Shown: positions 1 to 9,909 of the stretch, in pieces
Numbering within the stretch: the first letter of the stretch is position 1
Layout: each line of letters starts with the position of its first letter
Source: a virus
Lineage: Duplodnaviria; Caudoviricetes
Length of the DNA stretch: 45,778 nucleotides
Virus record (IMG/VR): IMGVR_UViG_3300037422_000629
Coordinates: 1-45,778 of that record
Reading direction: 5' to 3' (one strand)
Notes under the pieces: generated by a model
Told to the model about the DNA's origin: nothing
Seen by the model: the letters and a program-made list of their open reading frames with translations, nothing else
Database searches by the model: none
Program-made: the position numbers and the translations under genes

Positions 1-232
1 GCCAGCCCCGCATCGGCGCGCAGGGGTCGTGCGGCCACATAGAGGCCGACGCCGTTGTTGTTCGTGGCGTCGCCGTCGCGTAACAAGGGCGTGTCGAGCA
101 GCGCGCCGACGGTGGCCCCGCGTACGGTCACGGGCGGCGGCTCGAAGACGCCCGGCTCGCCCGCCGCCGGCTGCGTGTAGAGCGTGGCGTGAACGGGTGC
201 GACTTCGCACTCCAGGACGCCGATGCCGCCCT
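1..232. repeat. Terminal direct repeat, left copy (circular overlap)
   Basis: 1-232 matches 45547-45778 except T128 versus C45674; both copies fall inside one ORF. Confidence 0.97.
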
Positions 233-2165
233 TGATGGCCGTCAGCCTTAGCCGGTGCGTGAAGCCGTCGTCTTCCACGATGTCCACCACCTGGCCCGGC
301 GCGAGCCAGAGGTATTTCATGGGGAGCGTGAAGGGGTGTTGCGTGGCTTCGACATACCGGCGGTAGAGTTTGCGCCCGGCGACAGCGCGCGCCTCGTCCG
401 CAGTCAGCGTCAGGAATTCGAGGTTGACGGTTTCTTCGCCCGCGCCCGCCACGATTTGCCGCGACAGCGATTGGCTGTTGACTTCGTAGTCGCGCGCCGG
501 GTCGCGGAAACGCACCGTGACAGTGCGGGGCAACTCGCGCGCCGGCGTGAAATTAACGTCCACGCCGGGCAGGGCCTTGGCGCTGTCGTCGCCCGCATCG
601 TTGGCCGAAATCCAGCCCACTTCGCGGCCCGGAATCGTAGCTACCGGCGTGTCGTCCGACCACAGCCCGGCGGTAATTCGCCCGTCCTGTTCGGCGAACC
701 ACAGTTCGTAGGCGTCAGCCAACTGCTGCAACGCCTCGGCCGGCTGAAATTGTTGGCCGCTAAGGGTCAGGCCGCGCACCTTGAGCGCGTCAACCGCCGT
801 AAAATCGTAATCTGCCGCCGCTAGACCGACACGGCCACAGAAAGACGCGGCAATGTGGCCGATGGTCTTGATGAGCGTGTTTTCGAGCAGCGCGTTGAAA
901 TTAGGCAAGACGCCGCCGAAGTCCGTCAGGAAAAATTGCTTCAGCACGGTGTAGGCGCGGCGGCGGTAGCTAGGCGTACTGCCCGCGCCCTGCGCCGCGT
1001 CCACCGCCGCCTCGATAGTCGGGTCGGGCAACTGCTGTTCCGTGCCGGCGTAATGGGTGATGAGCGCGTTGCCGGCGGCGGCCAGCGTCGCGTACTGCGC
1101 CAGTTGGCCGTTATCGGTGTCGAGGCTGAAAGGCGCGTTGTAGCGGTGTTTGCTCTGCGGCAAATCCGCCGGGTCGGGAAAGGCGTCCTGCGCGTAAGCG
1201 GCGTCAGCGGCCACTTCGGGCGCGCGCAAACCCGACGGGCGCACCAGAATTCCGCCGCCGCCTTCGCCGTCCGGGTCGGGCAAAGGCGGCGCGACGTAGA
1301 GGTAATCAATCACCGCCGTGCCGGACGTGCAGGTAATCTGCACGTCGTTGTCGCCGCTGCCGAGCCCCAGGGTGTGCGTCAGCGATTCATAGACTGGCGC
1401 GTCGGGCAAGGCTATGCTCACGGGGCTGCCGCCGTTGATGACGTATTCCACCGTCGCCGCGCCGCCTTCCGTGCGGAAGTGCAGGTACGAGGGCGAATTC
1501 GGAATCCCGATGCGCGTGCGTGGCACGCCCGTCACAAGGACGGCTTCGCCGCTCGTCAAGCGCACGGCCTGGAGCAGGGAAGCGTTTTCGTCGGCCACGA
1601 CCTCGCCCGTCGCGTTGTAGTCTTCGGCTTCGTAGATGCCCGACGGGTCGCCGCCCACGCCGCCGGTGATGTCGGTTAGTATCTCGGCGTTGGCCCAGAG
1701 TTTTTTCAGCAACAGCGGCCCGCGCCCCCAAAGACAGGCTAAATCCAAATCGTAGGTAACGGTCTCCACCGTTTGGCCCCCGCCCCCGCCGCCCCCGCCC
1801 TTGCCGCCGCCGGTGCGCGTAGTGGTGACGTGGCGGCGCAAGCCCGAAGTCCAGATAATGTTGGCCGCTACGCGGCCGCCGCCGCCCTGCGCGTCGGGCG
1901 CGGCCCCATAAATCTCAGTGATGAGCGCGCCCTGCGAGGACTGCTGCACCTGTAAATCGCCCGTCAGTTCTCCGACGCGGCGCACTGGCGGCTTAGGCGC
2001 AAACAGCAGCGCCAGCCCGTAGCTGGCGGCCGACACCGCCGCGCTGACCGCCAGCGAAATCAAGAAGCCCGATAGCGGGTCGCGCAGCCGGCCCGCGCGG
2101 AAAGCGGCCAGCAACTCAGCTCGCTTGCGATCCTTTAACTCTCGCTTTTCCTCAACACTCAACAT
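1..2165 (-). CDS. GTA-like host-specificity/central tail tip protein, 5' part (continues across the origin at 45546 down to 44214; ~1165 aa total)
   Basis: ATG at 2165 gives MLSVEEKRELKD...LISLAVSAAVSAASYGLALLFAPKPP...QSSQGALITEIYG...ANIIWTS...TYDLDLACLWGRGP. The frame matches ORF 44214..45677 through the repeat. Follows NlpC/P60. Absent from the ORF track because it runs off the end; not every codon was checked. Confidence 0.85.
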   Translation of the reverse strand, partial: MLSVEEKRELKDRKRAELLAAFRAGRLRDPLSGFLISLAVSAAVSAASYGLALLFAPKPPVRRVGELTGDLQVQQSSQGALITEIYGAAPDAQGGGGRVAANIIWTSGLRRHVTTTRTGGGKGGGGGGGGQTVETVTYDLDLACLWGRGPLLLKKLWANAEILTDITGGVGGDPSGIYEAEDYNATGEVVADENASLLQAVRLTSGEAVLVTGVPRTRIGIPNSPSYLHFRTEGGAATVEYVINGGSPVSIALPDAPVYESLTHTLGLGSGDNDVQITCTSGTAVIDYLYVAPPLPDPDGEGGGGILVRPSGLRAPEVAADAAYAQDAFPDPADLPQSKHRYNAPFSLDTDNGQLAQYATLAAAGNALITHYAGTEQQLPDPTIEAAVDAAQGAGSTPSYRRRAYTVLKQFFLTDFGGVLPNFNALLENTLIKTIGHIAASFCGRVGLAAADYDFTAVDALKVRGLTLSGQQFQPAEALQQLADAYELWFAEQDGRITAGLWSDDTPVATIPGREVGWISANDAGDDSAKALPGVDVNFTPARELPRTVTVRFRDPARDYEVNSQSLSRQIVAGAGEETVNLEFLTLTADEARAVAGRKLYRRYVEATQHPFTLPMKYLWLAPGQVVDIVEDDGFTHRLRLTAIKGGIGVLECEVAPVHATLYTQPAAGEPGVFEPPPVTVRGATVGALLDTPLLRDGDATNNNGVGLYVAARPLRADAGL

Positions 2166-2176
2166 CACTAACCACC

Positions 2177-2205
2177 TACCGCTCGTCGTTTTACCGCTCG
2201 TCGTT
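2177..2205. repeat. 14-bp near-tandem duplication TACCGCTCGTCGTT
   Basis: Copies at 2177-2190 and 2192-2205, at the NlpC/P60 stop codon. Confidence 0.85.
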
Positions 2206-2652
2206 CAGCCGCAACGCCCACGCGCTGTGCAGCAGGTCGCGCAGTTGCCGACTCAGGCGATGGCGGCGCACGCCCCGCTCCGAGGCGTGCACGATATAGA
2301 TTAGGCCGTCCGCGCTGACTTCCACCACAATCGCCAAATGGCGCGGCTGCCGCGTCTGCCGTCCGTCGTGAAAGGCCAGCACGTCGCCCTGTCGCAGGGC
2401 CGCATCGCCGTCAAGCAAATCCAGCCCGTCGGTCAACAGTTTTTCCAGCACGTCGGACGACGTTTGCCGCTGGTAGTCGTTTGTCCAGTCCACGACTTTG
2501 GGCAAACCGCAGTTCAGCGCGACGCCGGCGATAAAATTGCCGCAGTCCACGCCGACACCCTTCAGCGAACCCTGATGCCGAAAGGGCGTGCCCACCCACG
2601 TCAGGGCTTCAGCGGCAATCCCAGCCCGTTTCTGTTCCGGTTCATCCTTCAT
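2191..2652 (-). CDS. NlpC/P60 family tail peptidase
   Basis: W.GTPF.HQG...GVDC catalytic Cys motif, GD.L.F, RHLAI and IVHA His motifs; lies in a GTA-like tail-tip gene order. Confidence 0.92.
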   Translation of the reverse strand: MKDEPEQKRAGIAAEALTWVGTPFRHQGSLKGVGVDCGNFIAGVALNCGLPKVVDWTNDYQRQTSSDVLEKLLTDGLDLLDGDAALRQGDVLAFHDGRQTRQPRHLAIVVEVSADGLIYIVHASERGVRRHRLSRQLRDLLHSAWALRLNDER

Positions 2653-2663
2653 CCTTCATCCCT

Positions 2664-3506
2664 TCACGACAATGGGTAGCGCAGCAACGGCGACAATCCG
2701 GGCAAATCCGGCTCGCCGTCGAAATTTACAGCCAGCGCGAATTTATCGCGCGACGTCGTGCGCTTCCCGTCATAGCCGGCCAAGAGCGTCACCTCATCGG
2801 GCGGGCCGATGGAGGCCGGCATCGGCAACTGTAAGCGCACGCGGGTCAGCGTGCCGTCCTGGGTGGCGGTTTTGATTTCCATCGAGCGGCCCGCGCTCGC
2901 GCCGGTGGTAAAGAGCGCCCGCCCGAAGTCGAAGTAGTTGGCCGACGGCATGGCGAACGTCACTGGGAAGTAATCCTGCTCCACGCCGTCGTCAACCACC
3001 TGCAAATCGTGGCTGAACGTGAGCTCGTTCGCGCCCAGTTCGATGAGCGTGCGCTGGCGGTCAATGGGCGAGGTGAGCGCGCCGATTGACTGTTGCAACG
3101 CGCGGCTCAACGAATCCATCTGCACCGTGAAATACTTCCCGCGCAAAGAGATATTAGCCGCAAAGCCGCGCTGCTCGGCCACGCCGCCCATCGTTAAATC
3201 CATGCAATTGACGTAGCGCAACCGCACCCGCGCGTCGTCCCACACGCCAGCGTAGAGGTCCGGCTTCGTCACTTGCGCGTCCAACACGCCGGTCAGTTCC
3301 GCCGTGTTCGGCTCCAGGCCCAAGCTGCGCGCCGGGCGCGGAAACTCCACCGGCGCGGCGTAGTAGTTCTCGCCGTCTATCGCCAGACGGCGCGTGTGGT
3401 TGCAATAACGCGCCGTCTGGCCGTTGGCCGCCACCATCTCCCAGACCTCGCACAACGTCAGCACGTTGCCGGCTAGGTGGTCCTTCATTTGTGCGCTGAC
3501 GGGCAT
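2664..3506 (-). CDS. Baseplate hub protein (DUF2163/BR0599-like)
   Basis: TLCEVW...YCNHTRRL, DL.AG.WD.A.V, YFDFG...FTTG..AG, NF.GEP.LPG; between DUF2460 and NlpC/P60. Confidence 0.85.
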   Translation of the reverse strand: MPVSAQMKDHLAGNVLTLCEVWEMVAANGQTARYCNHTRRLAIDGENYYAAPVEFPRPARSLGLEPNTAELTGVLDAQVTKPDLYAGVWDDARVRLRYVNCMDLTMGGVAEQRGFAANISLRGKYFTVQMDSLSRALQQSIGALTSPIDRQRTLIELGANELTFSHDLQVVDDGVEQDYFPVTFAMPSANYFDFGRALFTTGASAGRSMEIKTATQDGTLTRVRLQLPMPASIGPPDEVTLLAGYDGKRTTSRDKFALAVNFDGEPDLPGLSPLLRYPLS

Positions 3507-3583
3507 AGCTTTCTAATGGTGAATGGTTAATGGTTAATGTCGGAACGCTCCGCGTCGCCTGCCGCCCAATTCACCATTCACCA

Positions 3584-4327
3584 CTAAATCACTCCCAAAT
3601 CCAACAAGCTGAGGCCGAGTTCGACGGGCAGGATTTCCTCGAAGACGACCTGCCGGACGTTCGCCACCGTGTCCGTTTGTTGCGAGAGTTCGTTGTCGCG
3701 GAAGCGCATCGGCACATCGAATTGCCCCGACCACTGCAACACCGCGCCGTTGGCCGGGGCCGCCGCGAAAGTCACCACGCCGGTTTTGGCGTTTACCGTC
3801 CACCCGCTGGTTTGCTCGACGCTGTTGACATAGATTGTCAGCGGCTGCGCGGGCGTGCGCGGCGTCACCCCGTCGGCCTCATAGAGTTGGAAGCCGTTGG
3901 TCTCTTTGGCGACCTGTACGACGGGCTTGATGATTTGCCGCACGTCCTCGCGCGCCGTCACGCCGGGCCGCCGGTAGGTGCGCTTCAAGGCCCATTGCGT
4001 GTTCGCGCCGTTGCCCGTGCCAAAGCCTTCGAGCGTGGCCGTGTAGTCCCACAACACCAACCATCGAAAGCCCACCGCGTTGCCGTAGCCGCCGCGCCAC
4101 ATTTTCATTAGGTAAGCGGATTGCTCCGGCGTCAGGCCCTCCAAATCCGCTACTACGCGCTCGCGCGCGTCAAGCCGGTTGACGTTGACCTGCGCGTTGC
4201 CCGTCGCCGGGTTCTGAATCGTCGTGTTGGCGAAGGCCGGCCAGCCAGCCAACGCCGCGTCTGGCGACAAACCCTTGATAACGTCGGTGTCAAAAATAAT
4301 CTCGTCGAATAAAAAAGTTGCTGCCAT
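3584..4327 (-). CDS. Distal tail protein (DUF2460-like)
   Basis: GFRW...DY, G.GNG..TQW.L.RTY, I.KPV, TG.VTF..APA.GA.L...G.FDVPMRF..D.L; directly downstream of the tape measure gene. Confidence 0.88.
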   Translation of the reverse strand: MAATFLFDEIIFDTDVIKGLSPDAALAGWPAFANTTIQNPATGNAQVNVNRLDARERVVADLEGLTPEQSAYLMKMWRGGYGNAVGFRWLVLWDYTATLEGFGTGNGANTQWALKRTYRRPGVTAREDVRQIIKPVVQVAKETNGFQLYEADGVTPRTPAQPLTIYVNSVEQTSGWTVNAKTGVVTFAAAPANGAVLQWSGQFDVPMRFRDNELSQQTDTVANVRQVVFEEILPVELGLSLLDLGVI

Positions 4328-4436
4328 AAAATTTGAAATTGAAGATTGTTAATCGGAAATTGTTAATTGCAGACTTGCGGCGCGCGCCGCCGCCGACAAT
4401 TTCAACTTTCCAATTTTCAATCAACGATTAACAATT

Positions 4437-7400
4437 TCACCTTCTTCCTCTGCCGCGCAGAAAGGCCAGCGCGGTTTCGGCGGCTTCGCGGCGCGAGGCG
4501 GGCCGTTCGTAGCTGCCCGTGCGCGGCGGCGGCAAGTTGATGGTGTAGTTGTTGACCTGCGTGCTGTTGCTAGTCGTGTCGCCGCGCGGCCCGCGAACCG
4601 GGCCGCGCGGCTCATCAGCGTTGAAGACGTAGCCGGGCGAAGGGAAGTACGCCACGTCCGGGCCGCGCTCGCCAAAAGACGCCAGGCCGCCGTCGGCCAA
4701 AGCCGGCAACCGCCCGAAGCGGTTAATCTGCTCCAGGGCCGTCAGGCCGATGGCGCGCACCGCGCGGGCGCGCACCACAAATTCGCCGGGCGAGAGTCGG
4801 GCCAGCAGATTGTCGCTCGTGTCGTGGCCGGGGCCGGTAATCAACCCGCCCGTCGCCGCCGCGCCGCCCAGTCCGCGCGGCGAACCGCTGATGACGTTGG
4901 CCCCCGTCGTGCGGCCCCCGCCGCCGAAACCGCCCGCCAGTGCGCCAATAACGATGCCGAACAGCCGCGAAAAGAACCCGCCGCCGCCGCCGCCGGAGTT
5001 GTCGCCGGTACCGAGGCGACCTAAAATCGCTTCGGCGACTTTAGCCGCCAACGCCTTAAAAACGAGTTGTTGCAGGAAATTAGCGAAGTCTTCCAACATG
5101 CCGGCTAAGGCGGCGCGGAAACCGCCGCGCCGCCAGTTGTCGGCAATGCGTGAGAGTTGCCCTTGAATTCTGTCGCCTAACGTCTCTATTTGTTGCAAGC
5201 GCTTCTCGTTGGCTTCGGCTTCAATATCAGCCACGTTCTGCGCGGCTTGTAGCGTCTCGGCCTGAATCCGCCCGTCAATGGCCTGCAACAGTTCGGTGCG
5301 GCGCTGTTCGTTTGCCACCTCGGCCTGAATGCGCGCCCGCTGCGCCTCTAATTGACGCACGGCGCTTTCGTGGCGAATCAGTTCGCGTTCCAGGGCGAGG
5401 TCTTTTTCCAGATTGATGAGCCGAAGGTTTCCGCCAGTGATGATGTTGATGAGTTCGTCGCGTCGGCTCAGTTGCCGGCGCTCGTTCTCGATGTCGCGCT
5501 GCCGCACGCCAAACACCACGTCACCGGTCTCCTGCGTGATGCGCTCTAAAGCGTCAGAATAGTCTTGTGCGTCTTTCAGGTCGGCGAGGCGGGCGCGGCG
5601 GAGTTCTCCTGTGTGCCGGATTTCTTCAGCTTCGATTTCTTTGTTGAGGATTTCTATCTTCTGTTTAACTTCTTTGACTCTGGCCGCATCCTGCTCATTG
5701 TCGGGAATCGGCTTGCCGCTGGTGCGATTGATGGTCAGGCGTCCAAGGTCGGCTTGCAGCAGAGCCAGCCGACCTTGCAGGATGGCCTGCTGTTCGGCGA
5801 ATAACTCATTGAGAGCTTCTTCGTTAGTCTTCTTACCTTTCTCTATCGCCTCCCTGTTGAGTAATGCGAGCGCGCGGTACATGGCTTCGTGAAGCTGAAT
5901 CGTGCCTTGTGCGTAACGCCGCGTGGCCTCGTATTTGCGTTCATCGTATTCCAGTTGCAGGCGCAAAACTTCCTGGTCGGCGCGCGCTTTGGCCGCCGCC
6001 TCTTTCTCGCCCAACTGCGCTAACCGGACTGCTTTTTCGCCCTTTTCGAGTTTGCTTTTCTCAATCAGGTCGCGCTCTTTGGCGAAGGTTGTCTGCTCTT
6101 GCGCGAATAAATCACGCGTCGCCTTCTGCCGCAAAACAATATAACGATAGAGGTCGGCCAACCCCGCGTCGTAAAGTTGTTGATAACGGGTGTTCTTCTC
6201 GGCAAAAAGGCGTTGCGCGCGTTGTAAGTCCACTTCAGCCAACTGCAACGCCTGGCGCGCCGCGCGCTGCAAGGCCGATTCGCCCCCACCCGCGCGCGGC
6301 GCGCGCCCGCCGCCGCCCGCGCCTCTCAGGGCCGGATCCACATCGTCAAATACGCCGGCTTTTCTTTTAGTGGCCTTGATTGCTTCGTTGGCGAAGTTCA
6401 GAAAGCCGCGCGAGGCGGAACTTTCTCCTTGAGCCGGAATCCCTCGCAAATCTCGCAGAAGGCGGCTGACTCTGGTAAGGGCGGCTTCGATTTGCAACAA
6501 CGGAACCAGAATCGCCGTTACCAGAAACCCCTGAAGCGCCCCGGTGACGAACGTCGTCACGCCCGGCAGTTCATTGATCGTATTTTTGACCGACTGGAGG
6601 CCGGCTACAATAAAGGGCAGGACGCCCGCGCCGACGCGCAATTTGAAGGACTCCCATTCCGCCGAGAGTTGGCGCGTGGCATCCTGAAAAGCGCGCGCCT
6701 GGCGGACGTTGGCGTCGCCCAAGATTAACCCCAAAGCTTCGGCCTCCTGGCGAAAACGCCGGAAATCGCCGCCGCTGCGCTCAACCAGCAGCGAGATATA
6801 ACGTCCGCCCTCTTCGCCGAACAGTTTGGCGGCGGCAGTCGCGCGTTGCGTGCCGTTGGGAAACTCAGCCAAGCGGCGGAAGACTTTCTCCAACGAGCCG
6901 TCGAAATTGCTCAACACCTCTTCCGCCGTGACGCCAAATTGCGCGAACTCCTTTTGCTGCTTCTGCCCCTGTCCAATAGCCTCACGCGCTTTATTGGCAA
7001 ATTGAATGAGACCGTCGTTGACCTGTTTCAAGTCCACGTTGTACTTGTGCGCGGCCACTGACAGAGCCGACATGTTTTCGATGGACAACCCGCTCTGGGC
7101 GGCGAAATCGGCCTGTTTATTGATGACCTCAGCGGCGGCGGCGGCCAAATCGTAACTGGTTTTAATAACTACACCCTCGGCCACGACCAAGGCCGCCGCC
7201 GCCGCTATCGCAATCCCGATCGGGCCGCCCATCGCGCCCAAGGCCGCGCCCGCTCCGCTCGCGCCCGCCGCCGTCGTCTCTAGGCCGGCTGCCGCCGGGG
7301 CGAGGCTGGCCGCCAACTTGCCCGCGTCGCCGCCGGCGGCGCGCAGAGCCGGCAGCAAATCCTTCGCTTCGTTCCCAAACAAACGGGTCGCGGCAGCCGC

Positions 7401-7949
7401 CTGTTGCTGTTCGGTTTTGAGTCTGCCGAAGGCCGAGAGAAACGTCTGAAAGCCCTGTTGCGCGTCCTGACTGGCAATCTGCGCGCCGATTTGGCTGCCG
7501 GCGCGCTTGCCGGTCTCCGCATCCAGGCCCTTGAACAACGATTTGACATTACCGATTTTTTGCGCCTCAACTACCTTTTTGGCAAACAGTTCGACGACTT
7601 GCGTGAGGCCGGTGAATTTGGCTTTGGCGGCTTCGGCCTCCGCGCCCGCCGCGCGGAGGCCTTCGCCGCTCTTTCGGGCCGCCGCGCCGCTGCCGTCGGC
7701 GACGCGCGCGAAACGCTGGTAGCTTTCAACCAACAGCGCTATGACGTCGTTGGCTCGCTCCCCGCCCGGTATTAGCCCCAGCAGGGTTTTAGCTACTTCG
7801 CCCAACGCGCGCGCCTGGCGCGTGGCAGCGGTAGTGGCTGCGTTCGCGCCCTGGGCGTAATCCCGGTTGGCTTTTTCGGCGCGTTTTAGCCCCGCGTCGT
7901 GCTGGCGCGTATCGCTGTCGAAGATAGTTGTTAAGCGTTGAAATTCCAC
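4437..7949 (-). CDS. Tape measure protein
   Basis: 1170 aa, Ala-rich and helical; C-terminal ATGGLI.GPG..TSD.L.ARLS.GEFVV motif; follows the tail chaperones. Confidence 0.93.
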   Translation of the reverse strand: MEFQRLTTIFDSDTRQHDAGLKRAEKANRDYAQGANAATTAATRQARALGEVAKTLLGLIPGGERANDVIALLVESYQRFARVADGSGAAARKSGEGLRAAGAEAEAAKAKFTGLTQVVELFAKKVVEAQKIGNVKSLFKGLDAETGKRAGSQIGAQIASQDAQQGFQTFLSAFGRLKTEQQQAAAATRLFGNEAKDLLPALRAAGGDAGKLAASLAPAAAGLETTAAGASGAGAALGAMGGPIGIAIAAAAALVVAEGVVIKTSYDLAAAAAEVINKQADFAAQSGLSIENMSALSVAAHKYNVDLKQVNDGLIQFANKAREAIGQGQKQQKEFAQFGVTAEEVLSNFDGSLEKVFRRLAEFPNGTQRATAAAKLFGEEGGRYISLLVERSGGDFRRFRQEAEALGLILGDANVRQARAFQDATRQLSAEWESFKLRVGAGVLPFIVAGLQSVKNTINELPGVTTFVTGALQGFLVTAILVPLLQIEAALTRVSRLLRDLRGIPAQGESSASRGFLNFANEAIKATKRKAGVFDDVDPALRGAGGGGRAPRAGGGESALQRAARQALQLAEVDLQRAQRLFAEKNTRYQQLYDAGLADLYRYIVLRQKATRDLFAQEQTTFAKERDLIEKSKLEKGEKAVRLAQLGEKEAAAKARADQEVLRLQLEYDERKYEATRRYAQGTIQLHEAMYRALALLNREAIEKGKKTNEEALNELFAEQQAILQGRLALLQADLGRLTINRTSGKPIPDNEQDAARVKEVKQKIEILNKEIEAEEIRHTGELRRARLADLKDAQDYSDALERITQETGDVVFGVRQRDIENERRQLSRRDELINIITGGNLRLINLEKDLALERELIRHESAVRQLEAQRARIQAEVANEQRRTELLQAIDGRIQAETLQAAQNVADIEAEANEKRLQQIETLGDRIQGQLSRIADNWRRGGFRAALAGMLEDFANFLQQLVFKALAAKVAEAILGRLGTGDNSGGGGGGFFSRLFGIVIGALAGGFGGGGRTTGANVISGSPRGLGGAAATGGLITGPGHDTSDNLLARLSPGEFVVRARAVRAIGLTALEQINRFGRLPALADGGLASFGERGPDVAYFPSPGYVFNADEPRGPVRGPRGDTTSNSTQVNNYTINLPPPRTGSYERPASRREAAETALAFLRGRGRR

Positions 7950-8004
7950 AGCTTACCCTTTGCTGTGGCGCGGGTCGGCGATACGCAAAAAAGCCAGCCC
8001 GGCC

Positions 8005-8310
8005 TCAAAAATCGAAGAAGTTGAAATCCACCGTCAACTGCGCCGCCTTGCCGTGCCGTCGGTAGAGTTCCGCGCTGGCTTGTCGGCGCGCGGCGATGAT
8101 TACCTGCGCTTCTTCCAGGCGATGCAGCGGCACGCCGTCCAGTTCCCACACGCGCACGCCTAAGAAGCGCGCTACGTCGTGTTCTAGGACGTAAGCGGGG
8201 AGTCTTCCGCCGCCGCCGGCTCCAAGGAGGTAGCGTCGGTAGTCCCGGAGGTCGTCGAACTGTTCGGCGTCGATGCGCCCGCTTCCTGGCTCGCGGGCGG
8301 CTCTTTTGGG
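8005..8310 (-). CDS. -1 frameshift extension of the tail chaperone (GT-like product 8729 to 8005, ~241 aa)
   Basis: Slippery heptamer C CCA AAA at 8310-8304 is in the zero frame. The -1 frame is open: RAAREPGSGRIDAEQFDDLRDYRRYLL...VARFLGVRVWELD...DFNFFDF* with stop at 8007-8005. Confidence 0.82.
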   Translation of the reverse strand, partial: PKRAAREPGSGRIDAEQFDDLRDYRRYLLGAGGGGRLPAYVLEHDVARFLGVRVWELDGVPLHRLEEAQVIIAARRQASAELYRRHGKAAQLTVDFNFFDF

Positions 8311-8729
8311 AGCGTGGCGCTCCGCATAAAGTCGAGCATGAACAGCAGCCGGTGAGTCGGTATGCGTTGCAGATTTTCCAGCGTCACCGGCAGAGGTTTA
8401 CCCGCCGCTGTGACATCCCACTCCTGCAAGGTCTCTGCCAGGACGCTGGCATACAATGTTTGCTGCGCCTCGTCGAGTTGTAACTCGAATTCCAGCAGCG
8501 TCATTTTGCTGGCCGTCGGCGACACGCCCTCAGCCAGGGCTTTTTGTTCCTCTTCGGCGCGCTTTTCGAGCGGTGCGAGGGTTTCTTTCACCCGCTCGAT
8601 GAATCGCCGTTGCCAGGCCCGCGTAAAAATATTGGCGTTCCAGGTCAGAGCGATTTCACCCAACCCCGGAATTTCGCATCGGTGCGTCACGGTGTCTTCG
8701 GCTTCATTTGTTAAGCGTCTCAATTCCAT
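8184..8729 (-). CDS. Tail assembly chaperone (G-like)
   Basis: Between tail tube and tape measure genes; L.EWDVT..G..LP.T.EN motif. Confidence 0.8.
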   Translation of the reverse strand: MELRRLTNEAEDTVTHRCEIPGLGEIALTWNANIFTRAWQRRFIERVKETLAPLEKRAEEEQKALAEGVSPTASKMTLLEFELQLDEAQQTLYASVLAETLQEWDVTAAGKPLPVTLENLQRIPTHRLLFMLDFMRSATLPKEPPASQEAGASTPNSSTTSGTTDATSLEPAAAEDSPLTS

Positions 8730-8782
8730 AAAATTTAAGATTGTTAAGTAACAGGTTCAAAACAAAGTGCCTCATTAACCCT

Positions 8783-8836
8783 GGCGTGAATCGTCAATCG
8801 TGAAGAGATGGTTCTTCACGATTGACGATTCACGCC
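8783..8836. repeat. Perfect 24-bp inverted repeat with 6-nt loop and heptamer periodicity
   Basis: GGCGTGAATCGTCAATCGTGAAGA-gatggt-TCTTCACGATTGACGATTCACGCC, downstream of the tail tube gene. Confidence 0.92.
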
Positions 8837-8904
8837 CAAAACTTGCCGGTTCACGTTATTTTGACTCCATTACTAAATGTTGATTGTCGAGTCGGCCTCG
8901 ACCT

Positions 8905-9897
8905 TTACAACGCGGAGAGGTCGTTGATGATTTCAAAGCTGTACCCGCGCCCCATCGTCGGGTCGTGGATGACGGCGAACTCGAACTGGTATTCATAGGG
9001 ACCGTCCTGGTCGGCCACTTCCGTCGCCTTCTCGAATTTGAGGGCGAAGTCGGCGCGGAAACGCTCCACGTCCGCGGCTGTGCCAACCGGGTTGCCCGTC
9101 GCCTGCACACGCACGAAGCGGGTCGGGAGGCCGGCTACCGACAGCGCGTCGTAGAGCGCGCGGCCTTGCGCGTTGTATTCCGCCGTGATGACGACCTTCG
9201 GCTCATGGGCTTTCTCAAACGGCTCGTCCCAGCTTGCTTGGCTGCTGTTGACGCACCACTTCTGGCCCAGTTCCGGCGGAATATCCACATCCACCTTCGA
9301 GACACAGGTCCAGCGCGTCGTGCCGATGCCGGCGAAGGTGGAGTCAATGTAAACGTCCAGGTTGGCAGGGCTGGCGGGCCGTTGGGCGATTTCCGTCGGA
9401 CTAGCGGTGAGGGTTACGCCGTTGTTGATGTTCTTGGCGAAGAGCGCGCCGCTGACCTGTACGTCCTCGCGCGTGACGCTCAACTTAAAGCCGTCAAACT
9501 GGCCGTAGGCGACTTGGATGGCCGCCGTTGCGTCGCCGCGCTGCAAGGTGTAGTTTTTGCGCGTCACGCTGCCGTGCGTAGCCGGGTTAAAAGTCCACTT
9601 ATAGGCCGCGCTGCCGCCGCTGGTCTCCACCGGCGCGGCGTAGGCCACCGCCCCGGCCAGCGGGTAGATAAGCGAGCCGAAGTTCAGCACGCCGTCCCAC
9701 TCGCCCTCCGACCATTCTTTCGTTTTGAGCATAGCCGTCGGAATCTTGGCCCCGCTGCTGCGAAATAACTTGCTCTCCTGCATGGGGCTGAAACGAATGG
9801 CGATGTCGTTCACGAGGCGATTGGCGGGAACGGAAGTGCCGGGCGTGCTTTCCACGCCCAACTGCGTGACGATGTTGACGTTGCTTCTGGTTGCCAT
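8905..9897 (-). CDS. Major tail tube protein
   Basis: N-terminal QLGVESTPGT.V, 330 aa, RBS AAGGAG, upstream of the chaperone and tape measure genes. Confidence 0.85.
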   Translation of the reverse strand: MATRSNVNIVTQLGVESTPGTSVPANRLVNDIAIRFSPMQESKLFRSSGAKIPTAMLKTKEWSEGEWDGVLNFGSLIYPLAGAVAYAAPVETSGGSAAYKWTFNPATHGSVTRKNYTLQRGDATAAIQVAYGQFDGFKLSVTREDVQVSGALFAKNINNGVTLTASPTEIAQRPASPANLDVYIDSTFAGIGTTRWTCVSKVDVDIPPELGQKWCVNSSQASWDEPFEKAHEPKVVITAEYNAQGRALYDALSVAGLPTRFVRVQATGNPVGTAADVERFRADFALKFEKATEVADQDGPYEYQFEFAVIHDPTMGRGYSFEIINDLSAL

Positions 9898-9909
9898 GAG
9901 AGTTGCTCC

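Noticed and set aside
1-232. Physical direct terminal repeat of the virion DNA
   Set aside because: The repeat lies in the middle of the tail tip gene, far from terS; more consistent with assembly overlap of a circular sequence
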